A DNA stretch of 64,000 nucleotides from Collinsella sp. (GTDB lineage: Bacteria > Actinomycetota > Coriobacteriia > Coriobacteriales > Coriobacteriaceae): contig DXMD01000003.1 in NCBI GenBank assembly GCA_019414385.1, forward strand, positions 24,629 to 88,628. Reading direction: 5' to 3'. The notes below the pieces were generated by a model that was not told the origin of the DNA, ran no database searches, and was given only the letters and a program-made list of their open reading frames with translations. Below, one piece after another: positions 1 to 9,817 of this stretch. The position numbers and the translations under genes are program-made. Each line of letters begins with the position of its first letter. Position 1 is the first letter of the stretch.

Positions 1-1
1 C

Positions 2-265
<264 letters not shown>

Positions 266-280
266 CGGACGTACTCGCCC

Positions 281-411
281 GAAGGCCGCACAGGTTAACC
301 CCTGAAAACGTCCTCGACCAATGAAACGCCCCCGTTCTGCTCCTTCGGAGCTACGAACGGGGGCGTTTCTGGTCTGCGAAATGTTTTCAGGGGTTAACCT
401 GTGCGGCCTTC
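281..411. repeat. 131-bp near-perfect palindrome / long hairpin between convergent pta and ackA
   Basis: 29-bp perfect outer arms (281-309 / 383-411), inner arms GAAACGCCCCCGTTC/GAACGGGGGCGTTTC, apical C-TTCG-G loop. Confidence 0.85.
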
Positions 412-645
412 TACTATCACGTGGCATTCAGGGAATCTGGGGTGGACGGCGGCTTGGCTACGAGCTGGGGCTGAGAATTTGGATGGATGGGCGACGTTGC
501 TGAGAGCGTATGCGTTGCAGGTAATGACCACTTTGGAGCCATAAGATAGACTGCGTTCCGATTTCTGGCCTTCCGGAAAATGTGTCCCGGTTTGGAGGCT
601 GATTGTGGGATGGAGTTTCCGCCCCGCTCGTCTCGTCCATCAAAT

Positions 646-678
646 AAGGCCTCCGGAGCTCGTTGCTCTGGAGGCCTT
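646..678 (-). terminator. Probable intrinsic terminator of the ackA pair
   Basis: AAGGCCTCCGGAGC/GCTCTGGAGGCCTT stem just past the ackA stop. Confidence 0.6.
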
Positions 679-701
679 TCTCTCAATTGCAGACGAATGC
701 G

Positions 702-1880
702 CTAGTTGCTACCGGTCAGACGCTCGACGTCGTGGGCGATCATGTATTCCTCGTCGGTGGGGATGACCATGACCGTGACGGCGGAGCCGGCAGCGCTGAT
801 GACCTGCGGGCCGTTGCCCACGGCCTCGCGGTTCTTATTGTTGTCGATGCGCACGCCCAGCCACTCAAAGCAGTCGCAGAAAGCCTTGCGGATCGACCAG
901 TCGTTCTCGCCGATGCCGGCAGTAAAGGTAATGGTGTCCACGCCCGCCATGGAGGCAATCATGGAACCGGCCTGCTGCATGGCCTTGTAGGCGAACATGT
1001 CGAAGGCGAGCAGGCAGCGCTCGTCACCCTCGGAGGCGCGCGTGCGGATGTCGCGGGCGTCGTTGGAGATACCCGAGATGGCAAGCAGACCGGACTGCTT
1101 GTTCATCATGTCGTCGACTTCCTGGTAGCTGTAGCCGCCCTCGCGCTGCAGGTAGCACACGGTGGCCGGGTCGATGGAACCGCAACGGGTGCCCATCATC
1201 AGGCCGTCGAGCGGCGTGAGGCCCATCGTGGTATCGCGGCACACGCCGTCCTCAATAGCGGCGAGCGAGGCGCCGTTGCCCAGGTGGCACGAAAGCAGAC
1301 GGTGGCAGCGCGTACCCAGGATCTCCTTGGCCATCATCCACTCGTAACGGTGGCTCGTGCCGTGGGCGCCGTACTTGCGCACGTGATACTTGTCGCACAC
1401 GTCCTTGGGCAGTGCATAGGTGTAGGCGACCTCGGGCATCGTCATATGGAACGACGTGTCGAAGACGGCCACATTGGGCAGCTCCGGATACTTCTCGCGG
1501 CAGTACTCAATCGCCGCAGCTTCGCCGTAGTTGTGCAGCGGGGCGAGCGGCGCCACCTCAAGGATCTTGGCCATGACCTCATCGTCGACGACCGCGGAAT
1601 CATCGAAGTACCAGCCGCCCTGAACGATACGGTGGCCGATGCCATCGATCGTAAAATCGGTCTTCTCGAGCTCCTCGAGCACGCGCGCGATGGCAGAGCG
1701 ATGATCAGGGAAGGGAATCTCCTCGGTCTGCTTGGCGCCACCGTTCTCGGAATGGCCAAAGATGCCCATCTCCGAGCCGATACGCTCGCAGTTACCTTTG
1801 GCGAAAACCTCGCGGGTATCGGTGTCCAAAAGCTGATATTTAAGGCTCGAGCTGCCGGCGTTGACAACAAGTACGTTCAT
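702..1880 (-). CDS. ackA: Acetate kinase (paralog 1)
   Basis: NAGSSSLKY, GHRIVQGG, LAPLHN, FDTSFH, HLGNGAS, FTAGIGEN, PTDEE motifs. Confidence 0.95.
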   Translation of the reverse strand: MNVLVVNAGSSSLKYQLLDTDTREVFAKGNCERIGSEMGIFGHSENGGAKQTEEIPFPDHRSAIARVLEELEKTDFTIDGIGHRIVQGGWYFDDSAVVDDEVMAKILEVAPLAPLHNYGEAAAIEYCREKYPELPNVAVFDTSFHMTMPEVAYTYALPKDVCDKYHVRKYGAHGTSHRYEWMMAKEILGTRCHRLLSCHLGNGASLAAIEDGVCRDTTMGLTPLDGLMMGTRCGSIDPATVCYLQREGGYSYQEVDDMMNKQSGLLAISGISNDARDIRTRASEGDERCLLAFDMFAYKAMQQAGSMIASMAGVDTITFTAGIGENDWSIRKAFCDCFEWLGVRIDNNKNREAVGNGPQVISAAGSAVTVMVIPTDEEYMIAHDVERLTGSN

Positions 1881-2044
1881 GAGACTCCTTCGTGATTACA
1901 GTACGGTCGGCAAACCTATAAGGCGGCCGTATCCTTAATAAGAAGTTATCAGAGTTCAATAATTATCTATTAAACTCTTCGCTCAAAGCGCATAAAAGGG
2001 GGCTGAACGGCACAAGGCCATCCAGTCCCCTCCCCTTGCATCAA

Positions 2045-3223
2045 TTACTTGCCGTTGACGATGCGCTCGACGTCGGAAGCAATCATGAACTCCTCGTCCG
2101 TGGGGATGACGAAGATCTTGACCTTGGAATCCTTGGCGGACAGGCACCAAGCGCCGTCGCCACGCAGGGCGTTGCGGGCATGGTCCATCTTGACACCCAT
2201 AAAGGCCAGACGGTCGGCCACACCGGCGCGGACGGCCGGAGCGTGCTCGCCGATGCCGGCGGTAAAGACGAGCGTGTCCATGCCGCACATGGAGGTGGCC
2301 ATCTCGGCGGCCTTGGCGGCAATCTTGTAGACGAACATATCGAAGGCGAGCTGAGCCTCGGGATCGCCAGCAGCAGCAAGCTCCTCGACGTTACGGCAGT
2401 CGTTGGTCTTTCCGCCGGTCACGGCCATGAGGCCGGACTTCTTGTTCATCATCTCGTCGACCTCGTCGAAGGTGTAGCCGCCCTCGCGCTGCAGGTAGCA
2501 CACGGTAGCCGGGTCGATAGAACCGCAGCGGGTGCCCATCATGACGCCGTCGAGCGGGGTAAGGCCCATGGTGGTGTCCATGCACTTGCCGTCCTCGATA
2601 GCGCACAGGGAAGCGCCGGAGCCAATGTGGCACACGACAACCTTGCGGGCCTCGCCGTTGGTCATCTCGGCAACCTTCTTGGAGATGTAGCGGTAGCTGG
2701 TGCCATGGGCGCCGTACTTACGGATGTGCAGCTTGTCGCAGACGTCCTTGGGCAGGGCGTAGGTCTTGGCGACCTCGGGCATGTTGAAGTGGAAAGCGGT
2801 GTCGTAGACCGTGACGTTGGGCAGGTCGGGATACTGCTCCAGGCAGTACTCGATAACGTTGGCCTCGGGGTTGTTGTGCAGCGGCGCGAGCGGGGCGACC
2901 TCGCGGATCTTGGCAAGAACGTCCTCGTCGACGAGGGAGGAATCACCAAAGTACCAACCGCCCTGAACGATACGGTGGCCGATGCCCTCGATCTTGACGC
3001 CGTTGGCCTCAAGGTCCTTCAGGACGACCTCGATGGCGACCTTGTGGTCGGGGAACTCAATGTTCTCGGTCACCTTCTTGGAACCGTTGGCAGCGTGGGT
3101 GAAGGTACCGCCGGTAAAGCAGACGCGCTCGCAGGAGCCCTTTGCGGACACCTTGTGGGACTTGGTATCGATGACCTGATACTTAAGCGTCGAAGATCCT
3201 GCGTTGACGACCAGAACGTTCAT
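2045..3223 (-). CDS. ackA: Acetate kinase (paralog 2)
   Basis: Same acetate kinase motifs, also 392 aa, RBS TAGGGAG. Confidence 0.95.
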   Translation of the reverse strand: MNVLVVNAGSSTLKYQVIDTKSHKVSAKGSCERVCFTGGTFTHAANGSKKVTENIEFPDHKVAIEVVLKDLEANGVKIEGIGHRIVQGGWYFGDSSLVDEDVLAKIREVAPLAPLHNNPEANVIEYCLEQYPDLPNVTVYDTAFHFNMPEVAKTYALPKDVCDKLHIRKYGAHGTSYRYISKKVAEMTNGEARKVVVCHIGSGASLCAIEDGKCMDTTMGLTPLDGVMMGTRCGSIDPATVCYLQREGGYTFDEVDEMMNKKSGLMAVTGGKTNDCRNVEELAAAGDPEAQLAFDMFVYKIAAKAAEMATSMCGMDTLVFTAGIGEHAPAVRAGVADRLAFMGVKMDHARNALRGDGAWCLSAKDSKVKIFVIPTDEEFMIASDVERIVNGK

Positions 3224-3343
3224 GTGTCTCCCTACTAACAGGCGGTGTGGCGCCGCCAGGTTACATACGTTTCAATAATAAACCCAAACGCCCTCGCGCT
3301 CGGGTTTATTACGTTGATATATAAGTTATCGGTGCCTAAATAC

Positions 3344-4504
3344 TCATGGCCTTTGGCTTGTAAGACGAAAGAGCGCGGGGATATACACCAGAGAAGAAAT
3401 CCCGAGCGCAACAAGCAATATGACTCGAATGTCCGCGATGCTGCTCAACGCAGCATTGAACAGATAGAAAAGGATGGCACCCACCGCCACCATCTGGCTT
3501 TGAACCGAAATCAGTGAACAGCGCATCGAAGAATCGGCAGCATTTTGAAAAATCGAGTATTTGATTGGGGCAAACAACGAGTACGCAACCGTCTGCAGCA
3601 CATAGAACACGGGCATCAAATTAGCCGGAGTAAGGGGAATCAAAAACAAAGCTGTCAATACTAAGCGAATGATGCCGCAAATACGCGCAAAACGGCCCTT
3701 GTCGACACGAGCAATCACACTGGGCACAATAAATCCTATGGAGGCGGAGGCAAGGAGCTGGACCGCAATGGTCGCGCCCGAAGCGACAGCATTCATTCCG
3801 CGGCCTGCAAGCAACAGTGAGAAGAAGTCTTCCAGGGCGACAAAAGCAAATGCCTGAGAACAGTCCATGATGAACGCTGACCGAAGAATGCCATTACCCG
3901 CAATAGCAGCACCGATCATCTTCGGGCTCATTCCATGCCCAGGTGTCACCGCAGCGCCCTCTCTTCTCGCCTCAGGAATACAGACAACGACAACCAATGT
4001 CAGCACCATTGTGATGATATCGACCGAAAGCCCAATGAGATACGCGCCAACGGACGAAATGAAACCGCCCACGCAAGCGGAGATGGCATAAGAGGCATAG
4101 AAAACAAATCGCTCAACGACATTAAGTCTTACGAGCTGGTCCTGAGAGACGCTGTCAATGTAAATCGCTTCTATGGATCCGCTCACACATGCAACGGCAA
4201 AACCTTTGAGAGCAAACGCGCCGATTAAAAGCAGAGGAGAACGGACGAGAAGCAGGGCGACATAGTATCCAAGCATCCCCACGACGCCAACGAGACCACT
4301 TGTCTTTCGTCCAAACCTATCGGCAATATAGCCAGTGGGAACTTCAAGGATAAACTTGCTCATTTGATATGCAATCATCATGCTAGAAATCGCTACCATC
4401 GAAAGCCCGACGAACTCAAGGTAGACGGTTAGAAAATACAAGATGGTGCTAAAGTTCGACAGGAAAACGAACATCATATAAAGCAAAATCGTACGGTTTT
4501 TCAT
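3344..4504 (-). CDS. MFS transporter
   Basis: About 12 hydrophobic segments, motif A EVPTGYIADRFGRK; start set at ATG 4504 after GGAGGG. Confidence 0.85.
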   Translation of the reverse strand: MKNRTILLYMMFVFLSNFSTILYFLTVYLEFVGLSMVAISSMMIAYQMSKFILEVPTGYIADRFGRKTSGLVGVVGMLGYYVALLLVRSPLLLIGAFALKGFAVACVSGSIEAIYIDSVSQDQLVRLNVVERFVFYASYAISACVGGFISSVGAYLIGLSVDIITMVLTLVVVVCIPEARREGAAVTPGHGMSPKMIGAAIAGNGILRSAFIMDCSQAFAFVALEDFFSLLLAGRGMNAVASGATIAVQLLASASIGFIVPSVIARVDKGRFARICGIIRLVLTALFLIPLTPANLMPVFYVLQTVAYSLFAPIKYSIFQNAADSSMRCSLISVQSQMVAVGAILFYLFNAALSSIADIRVILLVALGISSLVYIPALFRLTSQRP

Positions 4505-4623
4505 GCCCCGCCCTCCAAGAGTCAGCAATCTAAATCGGAATCTTAGAAAAGCATGAGGGCAAAACTGTCAGCTATGTGTTGCAAGGCGTCAATAATCACT
4601 TGACGTCTCGAAGCCAATTAATC

Positions 4624-5514
4624 TCACGAAGCAAGATGACGCAATAGGTGCAGAAAAACCGTCTGGTGTCGATCGGTCCAGGCATTTTGTCGATAGCAAA
4701 AGTAGATGGGCAAGGCTACGTCATGCGAGCCTTCAATGGAGCACTCGCTCACTTCCAGTCCATCTGATGCGAGAGAAGAGCCAGAAAAACTCAATATCAA
4801 TCCCCCGGCTTGAAGAAACTCAGTCTGCGCCCTGTTTCCGTATTCGACATCGCGAAAGCGGAAATTAACCAGCTGAGCTTCGGGACATTGATTAATCGCA
4901 TTGAGACAGGGTGACAAATTAATTGGAACAGCGAGCCTGCCGCCCAGTAACTCACGAACGGTCATAGCACCCACAGATTGATGACCAGCTGGGCATGAAA
5001 GAACCCTGAGCTCCTTTTCACCCATATATTTTGAAGAAAGGGCGCTGTCCCGTGGTTCCTCAAACGAGATAGCCGCGTCCGAAATGCCAAGTATAAGTGA
5101 TTCAAAGCATGTTGCCGTTGGCTGATGCCACACATCAAGATGAATCTGAGGGTGCGAGCTTTCAAACGAGTCGTACCAGTTTTCGGCAAAAAGGCGCCCC
5201 CGCCCATGAAGGCAGGGGGCGTAAAGACGAAAGTGGCCGTCGGGCGAGACGCCGTCGTCCCTCGATTGAGCGTACTTTTTGAGATCGTCGACTTGTGCCA
5301 GGATCACGCGTGCACGACGCGCAAATTCTCTGCCCGCCGGAGACAAAACAGCCTCCCCCGCCGATCGGTTGAGCAAAACGATCTGATACTCAGATTCCAA
5401 CTTTTTGATTGCCGACGAAACGGCCTGCGGACTCACATGAACGGCGCGAGCTGCTTTGCGCACGCCGCCATAGTTCGCTACCGCTTGAAGGTATTCGAGT
5501 TGAGAAAGCTGCAT
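4624..5514 (-). CDS. LysR-family transcriptional regulator
   Basis: N-terminal LysR HTH (QLEYLQAVA...AARAVHVSPQAVSSAIKKLE), 296 aa. Confidence 0.85.
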   Translation of the reverse strand: MQLSQLEYLQAVANYGGVRKAARAVHVSPQAVSSAIKKLESEYQIVLLNRSAGEAVLSPAGREFARRARVILAQVDDLKKYAQSRDDGVSPDGHFRLYAPCLHGRGRLFAENWYDSFESSHPQIHLDVWHQPTATCFESLILGISDAAISFEEPRDSALSSKYMGEKELRVLSCPAGHQSVGAMTVRELLGGRLAVPINLSPCLNAINQCPEAQLVNFRFRDVEYGNRAQTEFLQAGGLILSFSGSSLASDGLEVSECSIEGSHDVALPIYFCYRQNAWTDRHQTVFLHLLRHLAS

Positions 5515-5555
5515 AGATTACTCCAAAGGCAGCCAAGTCGACGGCCTACGCGCCC

Positions 5556-5891
5556 TCAGATGAGGTTCTCACCCAAGTTCTTGCCGCCGAGGACGTGCAT
5601 ATGGAAATGCATGACGGTCTGACCGGCGTTGACGCCCTTGTTGGAGATGACGCGGAAACCGTCCTCCAGGCCCTTGGCCTTAGCGACCTCCTGGATGGCG
5701 TGAGCCATGGCGCCCATGGTCTCGGCCGGCACGTTATCGGCGATATCGCTGTAGTGCTTCTTGGGGATCACGAGCGTGTGGACCGGCGCCTGGGGATTGA
5801 GGTCATCGAAGGCGATGACCTGATCGTCCTCATAGACAACGGTCGAGGGAATCTCGTGGTTGGCAATTTTGCAGAAGATGCAATCGCACAT
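5556..5891 (-). CDS. Histidine triad (HINT) nucleotide-binding protein
   Basis: CIFCKI N-terminus and AGQTVMHFHMHVLGG HIT motif. Confidence 0.93.
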   Translation of the reverse strand: MCDCIFCKIANHEIPSTVVYEDDQVIAFDDLNPQAPVHTLVIPKKHYSDIADNVPAETMGAMAHAIQEVAKAKGLEDGFRVISNKGVNAGQTVMHFHMHVLGGKNLGENLI

Positions 5892-5940
5892 GGTTGGTTC
5901 CTTTCTCACAGACCAAGGTAATTATATTTGGTCGGGATGG

Positions 5941-6207
5941 TTAGAACGAGAGGTTGTCGTCGGTGTTGGCGGGTTCGCCGTCGGCGAGCACGTCGTTGCC
6001 GTCGACGTCCTTAAGAAGCACCGAGACCTTCTGCTCGGCATCGGACAGGCGGGTGCGCAGGCTCTTGAGGAGCTCGACGCCGCGGGTATAGCTCTCGAGC
6101 GACTCCTCGAGCTCCATATCGCCCGACTCCAGGCTGCGGATGATGAGCTCCAGCTCCTGCGAGGCCTGCTTGTACGTAAGCTGCTCAACCGGGGTCTTCT
6201 CTGCCAT
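5941..6207 (-). CDS. xseB: Exodeoxyribonuclease VII small subunit
   Basis: TYKQASQELELIIRSLESGDMELEESLESYTRG pattern; follows xseA. Confidence 0.93.
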   Translation of the reverse strand: MAEKTPVEQLTYKQASQELELIIRSLESGDMELEESLESYTRGVELLKSLRTRLSDAEQKVSVLLKDVDGNDVLADGEPANTDDNLSF

Positions 6208-6249
6208 ATCTGTTTCCTTTCCTAAAGGTCTATCACTATGAAACGCGGC

Positions 6250-7701
6250 CTACTCGACCGTATCGACCGTTGCCGCCACGTTGCCGTCTGCCATACGCAC
6301 GCGGATGGCGTCGCCCGGCTTAAAGGTCTTGGCGCTCGTAGCCACACCATCATCGCTGTACGCGATGGAATAGCCACGGGCAAGCACCTTGAGCGGCGAC
6401 AGGGCATCTAGCGAGGCTGCCGCACGGCCCAGGTCGGACGCGGGCTTGTTGAGCATCGTGCGCCCCTGATGCTCCAGACGGGAACTCGCAAGCGCGAGCG
6501 CATGGCGCTTGCCATCGAGCCCCGAGGTGCTTGCAACCAGACGCTCGGGCAGGCGCTCAAAGTTGGAGCGGAATGTCCCGACCGAGCGTACTATGGCGCC
6601 CGACAGGCGATCGGCCGTCAGGGCAAGCTCAGACTCGCGACGCTCGACCATAAACGTTGGGTCGTTGAGGCACGGGCGGCACGCAGCCGCATCGAGCGCA
6701 TCGCCCAAGCGGGCCGTATAGGTATCCCAGGCGCGGCGACCGCGCTGGTCGAGCATCTCCAGATCAACCTGATTCGACCCAATCATCGATGCCATCGCGG
6801 CACCCAGACGCTGATGGCGCGCCTCGAGCACATCGGCCAACTCCGTCATAGCCGGCGCCACCGATTCTGCCGCCGCCGTGGGCGTGGAGGCGCGGCGGTC
6901 GCTCACCATGTCGCAAATCGAGGTATCAGGCTCATGGCCAATGCCGGTCACCACGGGCACAGGACAAGCCGCCACCGCGCGAGCAAGCTCCTCGTCGTTA
7001 AAGGTCATGAGGTCCTCAAAGGAGCCGCCGCCGCGCACCAGCAAAATACAGTCGGGCGCCGGCGTGATGGCGGCGGCGCGGCGCAAGCCCTCAATGAGCT
7101 CAGCCGGCGCACCCTCACCTTGAACCTTGGCGCCCACGCAGACGAGCTCGACGAGCGGGTTGCGACGACGCAATGTGCGCTTGACGTCGTCGATTACGGC
7201 ACCCGAAAGCGAGGTGACGACCGCCACGCGGGAGCAGAACACCGGAATACGGCGCTTGCGCGCTTCGTCCATCAGGCCCTCGCGACGCAGCTTTTCGGCC
7301 AGTTGCGCCACTTGTTGACGCAGCAGACCCTCCCCCGCCAGCGAGAATGAGCGAGCGACAAAGCTCATGCGGCCCGTGGCCTTATAAAGATTGAAGCTGC
7401 CCTTAAAGCTCACCTGCATGCCGTCGCGCAGATCGAACGTGCGCTTGAGATAGGCACCCTTCCAGATGATGCAGTCGACGGCCGCCGAGTCGTCCTTGAT
7501 CTGAAAGTAGCAGTGGCCGCTTCGGGCGTTGGGGCCACGGAAGCCCGTGACCTCGCCCAAAACGCTCAGCTGCGGAATGGCATCGAGCGCGCCGGCGGCG
7601 ATCTCCACCGCCTGGCTCACGCTGAGTTCCTTACGCTCCTGCTCGTCCGAACCGTCGAACTCGGCGGAAACGGCATTGCCGGTCAGATTCCAGCCTGCCA
7701 C
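6250..7701 (-). CDS. xseA: Exodeoxyribonuclease VII large subunit
   Basis: SGHCYFQIKD, RGGGSFEDL, GIGHEPD, TPTAAAE, SPLKVLARGYS; GTG start after AAAGGAGG. Confidence 0.95.
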   Translation of the reverse strand: MAGWNLTGNAVSAEFDGSDEQERKELSVSQAVEIAAGALDAIPQLSVLGEVTGFRGPNARSGHCYFQIKDDSAAVDCIIWKGAYLKRTFDLRDGMQVSFKGSFNLYKATGRMSFVARSFSLAGEGLLRQQVAQLAEKLRREGLMDEARKRRIPVFCSRVAVVTSLSGAVIDDVKRTLRRRNPLVELVCVGAKVQGEGAPAELIEGLRRAAAITPAPDCILLVRGGGSFEDLMTFNDEELARAVAACPVPVVTGIGHEPDTSICDMVSDRRASTPTAAAESVAPAMTELADVLEARHQRLGAAMASMIGSNQVDLEMLDQRGRRAWDTYTARLGDALDAAACRPCLNDPTFMVERRESELALTADRLSGAIVRSVGTFRSNFERLPERLVASTSGLDGKRHALALASSRLEHQGRTMLNKPASDLGRAAASLDALSPLKVLARGYSIAYSDDGVATSAKTFKPGDAIRVRMADGNVAATVDTVE

Positions 7702-7816
7702 GCAGCCTCCTTTCGTTATCGTGCACAAGGGCTCCGGCCCTGCGCAAATTCAAGTCCAACACATAGTACAGCGCCGCGGGGACACAAATCTCCGCGGCGC
7801 CTGTCAAGCCAATTTG

Positions 7817-8521
7817 TTATCGGTTGGAGTTTCTGTTGTAGCGAGCCATCAGGTAGAGCAGCTGAATGATCGAAGTGAGCGCTGCAGCAACATAGGTAAG
7901 CGCGGCTGCCGTCAGGACCTTCTTGGCACCATTGACCTGCTTGGAGCTCATGCCCGACTGCTCGATGTACGCCACGGCGCGGCGGCTGGCATCAATCTCG
8001 ACCGGCAGCGTAACCAGTTGGAACAGCACGCTAAACGAGAAGAAGATCAGTGCGAGGGTCGTGAGTCCCGCGATGTTCATAAACAGGCCCAAGAGCAACA
8101 CGATGGTCCAGGTGTTCTGGGTAAAGTTGACGACCGGCACGAGGGCGGTGCGAACCTTCATCATGGCGTAACCGCTTTGACGCTGGGCGGCATGGCCCGC
8201 CTCGTGGCAGGCGACGGCAACGCTTGCGACCGACCCGCCCGAACGGTTGGCATCCGAGAGATACAGGTTATTGTCCTGTGGGTTGTAATGGTCGGTGAGC
8301 TCGCCGGCGACACCCTTGATACCCACGGCGTTGCAGCCGTTGGCGTCGAGCATGCGGCGAGCGACCGTGGCGCCCGTGTCGCCGTCCGAGCGAACCTTGG
8401 ACCAGGTTTTGTACGTCGAGTTGATATAGTTCTGTGCGGCAAGGCCAATCACCGTGCAGACAAGAACAACCAGCAGGTACAGCGGGTCGATGCCAAAGCC
8501 GTATCCATAGTAATAAGGCAT
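7817..8521 (-). CDS. Membrane zinc metallopeptidase (YugP-like)
   Basis: LTDHYNP, VACHEAGHA (HExxH), TLPVEIDASRRA, AAALTYVAA. Confidence 0.88.
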   Translation of the reverse strand: MPYYYGYGFGIDPLYLLVVLVCTVIGLAAQNYINSTYKTWSKVRSDGDTGATVARRMLDANGCNAVGIKGVAGELTDHYNPQDNNLYLSDANRSGGSVASVAVACHEAGHAAQRQSGYAMMKVRTALVPVVNFTQNTWTIVLLLGLFMNIAGLTTLALIFFSFSVLFQLVTLPVEIDASRRAVAYIEQSGMSSKQVNGAKKVLTAAALTYVAAALTSIIQLLYLMARYNRNSNR

Positions 8522-8585
8522 GCGAATTCCTCCGAATCGAGTTACACGTTGGAGGCATTCTACCCACTCAAGCGGCTAGGCTTCC

Positions 8586-9719
8586 TTACAGCAATTCAAT
8601 TTTGCCATCTTTGACCGTCAACCCCATGTTGCCCGAGAGCAGATCGTCCAGGCGCGAGCCCACAAGCTCAAAGCGCCAGCCTTCGCGCAAGGGGCTCTGC
8701 TCGGGATGCTCAATGTAGTCGGCCAGGTCATCGCGCGAGGCAATGACCGAGGTCGCCACTCCCGAGCGTTCGGCAACCAGGCGGATGAGCGCGTACATGA
8801 GATCCGTCACGCTCTCCAACTCCGGAGAGATCTGGCGATGCCCGCGCACCATGAGCGGCAGGCGATCGTGCGGGCAGCTTGCGCCGCGCTTGATGGCCAT
8901 GAGCGCACCGTCCACGTCGCGCTCCCCCAACTGATCGGTACCGCGAATGCTGCGGAACTCCTCAACGCGCACGGGATTGCGTTTAACGAGCGCAAGCAGC
9001 GTGTCGTCGGACATGACCCATTTGCGCGGGATGTTGCGGCGCTCGGCGCGGTCCTCACGCCAGGCGGCGAGCTCGCGCGCGATACCCAGCTGGTGACGAC
9101 TGCACGAGTTGATGCGTTTGACCTTGCGGAACGCCTCGTGACGATCGGCGCGATAGTGCGACTCGTCAGCCAGCGGGCGCAGCTCGTCGAGCACCCAGTC
9201 CACGCGGCCCAGCTCGCGCAGGCGGCTCATCATCTCGGTATAGGCGACGATCAGATACTTGACGTCATCGATCGCGTACTCAATCTGCTTATCGGTCAGC
9301 GGGCGACGCGACCAGTCGGTCAGTGACTCGGTCTTGGGCAATGAGACGCCGCAAAACGTCTGCACGAGCGCGCCGTAGGAAATCTGCTGACGCTCGCCCA
9401 AAAAGGCGGCGGCCACCTGCGTGTCAAAAATCGGACGCGGCAGCACGCCTACGGTATGGAGCATGACCTCCATATCCTGCGAGCAGGCGTGGAAGACCTT
9501 GGTCACGCTCTCGTCGGCCATAAGCTCGGCCAGCGGCGATAGGTCGTCGATTACCAGGGGATCGACCGCTACACTCTCGGCAGGGGTGGCAATCTGAACC
9601 AAACACAGACGCGGATGGAACGTGCGCTCGCGCAAAAACTCGGTATCGACGGCAATCGCGTCGAACTCACGGGCGCGCTGGCAAAAGTCGAGTAGAGCCT
9701 GATGTGTGGAAATGTACAT
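8586..9719 (-). CDS. rnd: Ribonuclease D
   Basis: AVDTEF, KVFHA, FDTQVAA, TDWSRRPL, YAIDDV (DEDDy) plus an HRDC-like region. Confidence 0.93.
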   Translation of the reverse strand: MYISTHQALLDFCQRAREFDAIAVDTEFLRERTFHPRLCLVQIATPAESVAVDPLVIDDLSPLAELMADESVTKVFHACSQDMEVMLHTVGVLPRPIFDTQVAAAFLGERQQISYGALVQTFCGVSLPKTESLTDWSRRPLTDKQIEYAIDDVKYLIVAYTEMMSRLRELGRVDWVLDELRPLADESHYRADRHEAFRKVKRINSCSRHQLGIARELAAWREDRAERRNIPRKWVMSDDTLLALVKRNPVRVEEFRSIRGTDQLGERDVDGALMAIKRGASCPHDRLPLMVRGHRQISPELESVTDLMYALIRLVAERSGVATSVIASRDDLADYIEHPEQSPLREGWRFELVGSRLDDLLSGNMGLTVKDGKIELL

Positions 9720-9817
9720 ATCAACCCATCGAATAAGGTTAGGCCCGAAAAACACGGGTAGGATATCGGCATTGCCTTACAACTATACTCGGTTAGTCAC
9801 AGAACGGGAACGTAAGT

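Noticed and set aside
412..645. Short ORFs in the pta-ackA intergenic region
   Set aside because: No RBS, recognisable motif or host-like codon pattern
1340..1380. YGAHG instead of YGFHG in both AckA, as a sign of a larger acyl pocket
   Set aside because: YGAHG also occurs in ordinary acetate kinases such as the E. coli enzyme, so it is not diagnostic
663..3238. Long plus-strand ORFs 663-1895 and 2036-3238 (also 33075-34370, 39013-41073, 51048-52799, 59231-60625 and similar)
   Set aside because: Antisense shadows of well-supported genes, expected from high-GC codon bias; no motifs or RBS
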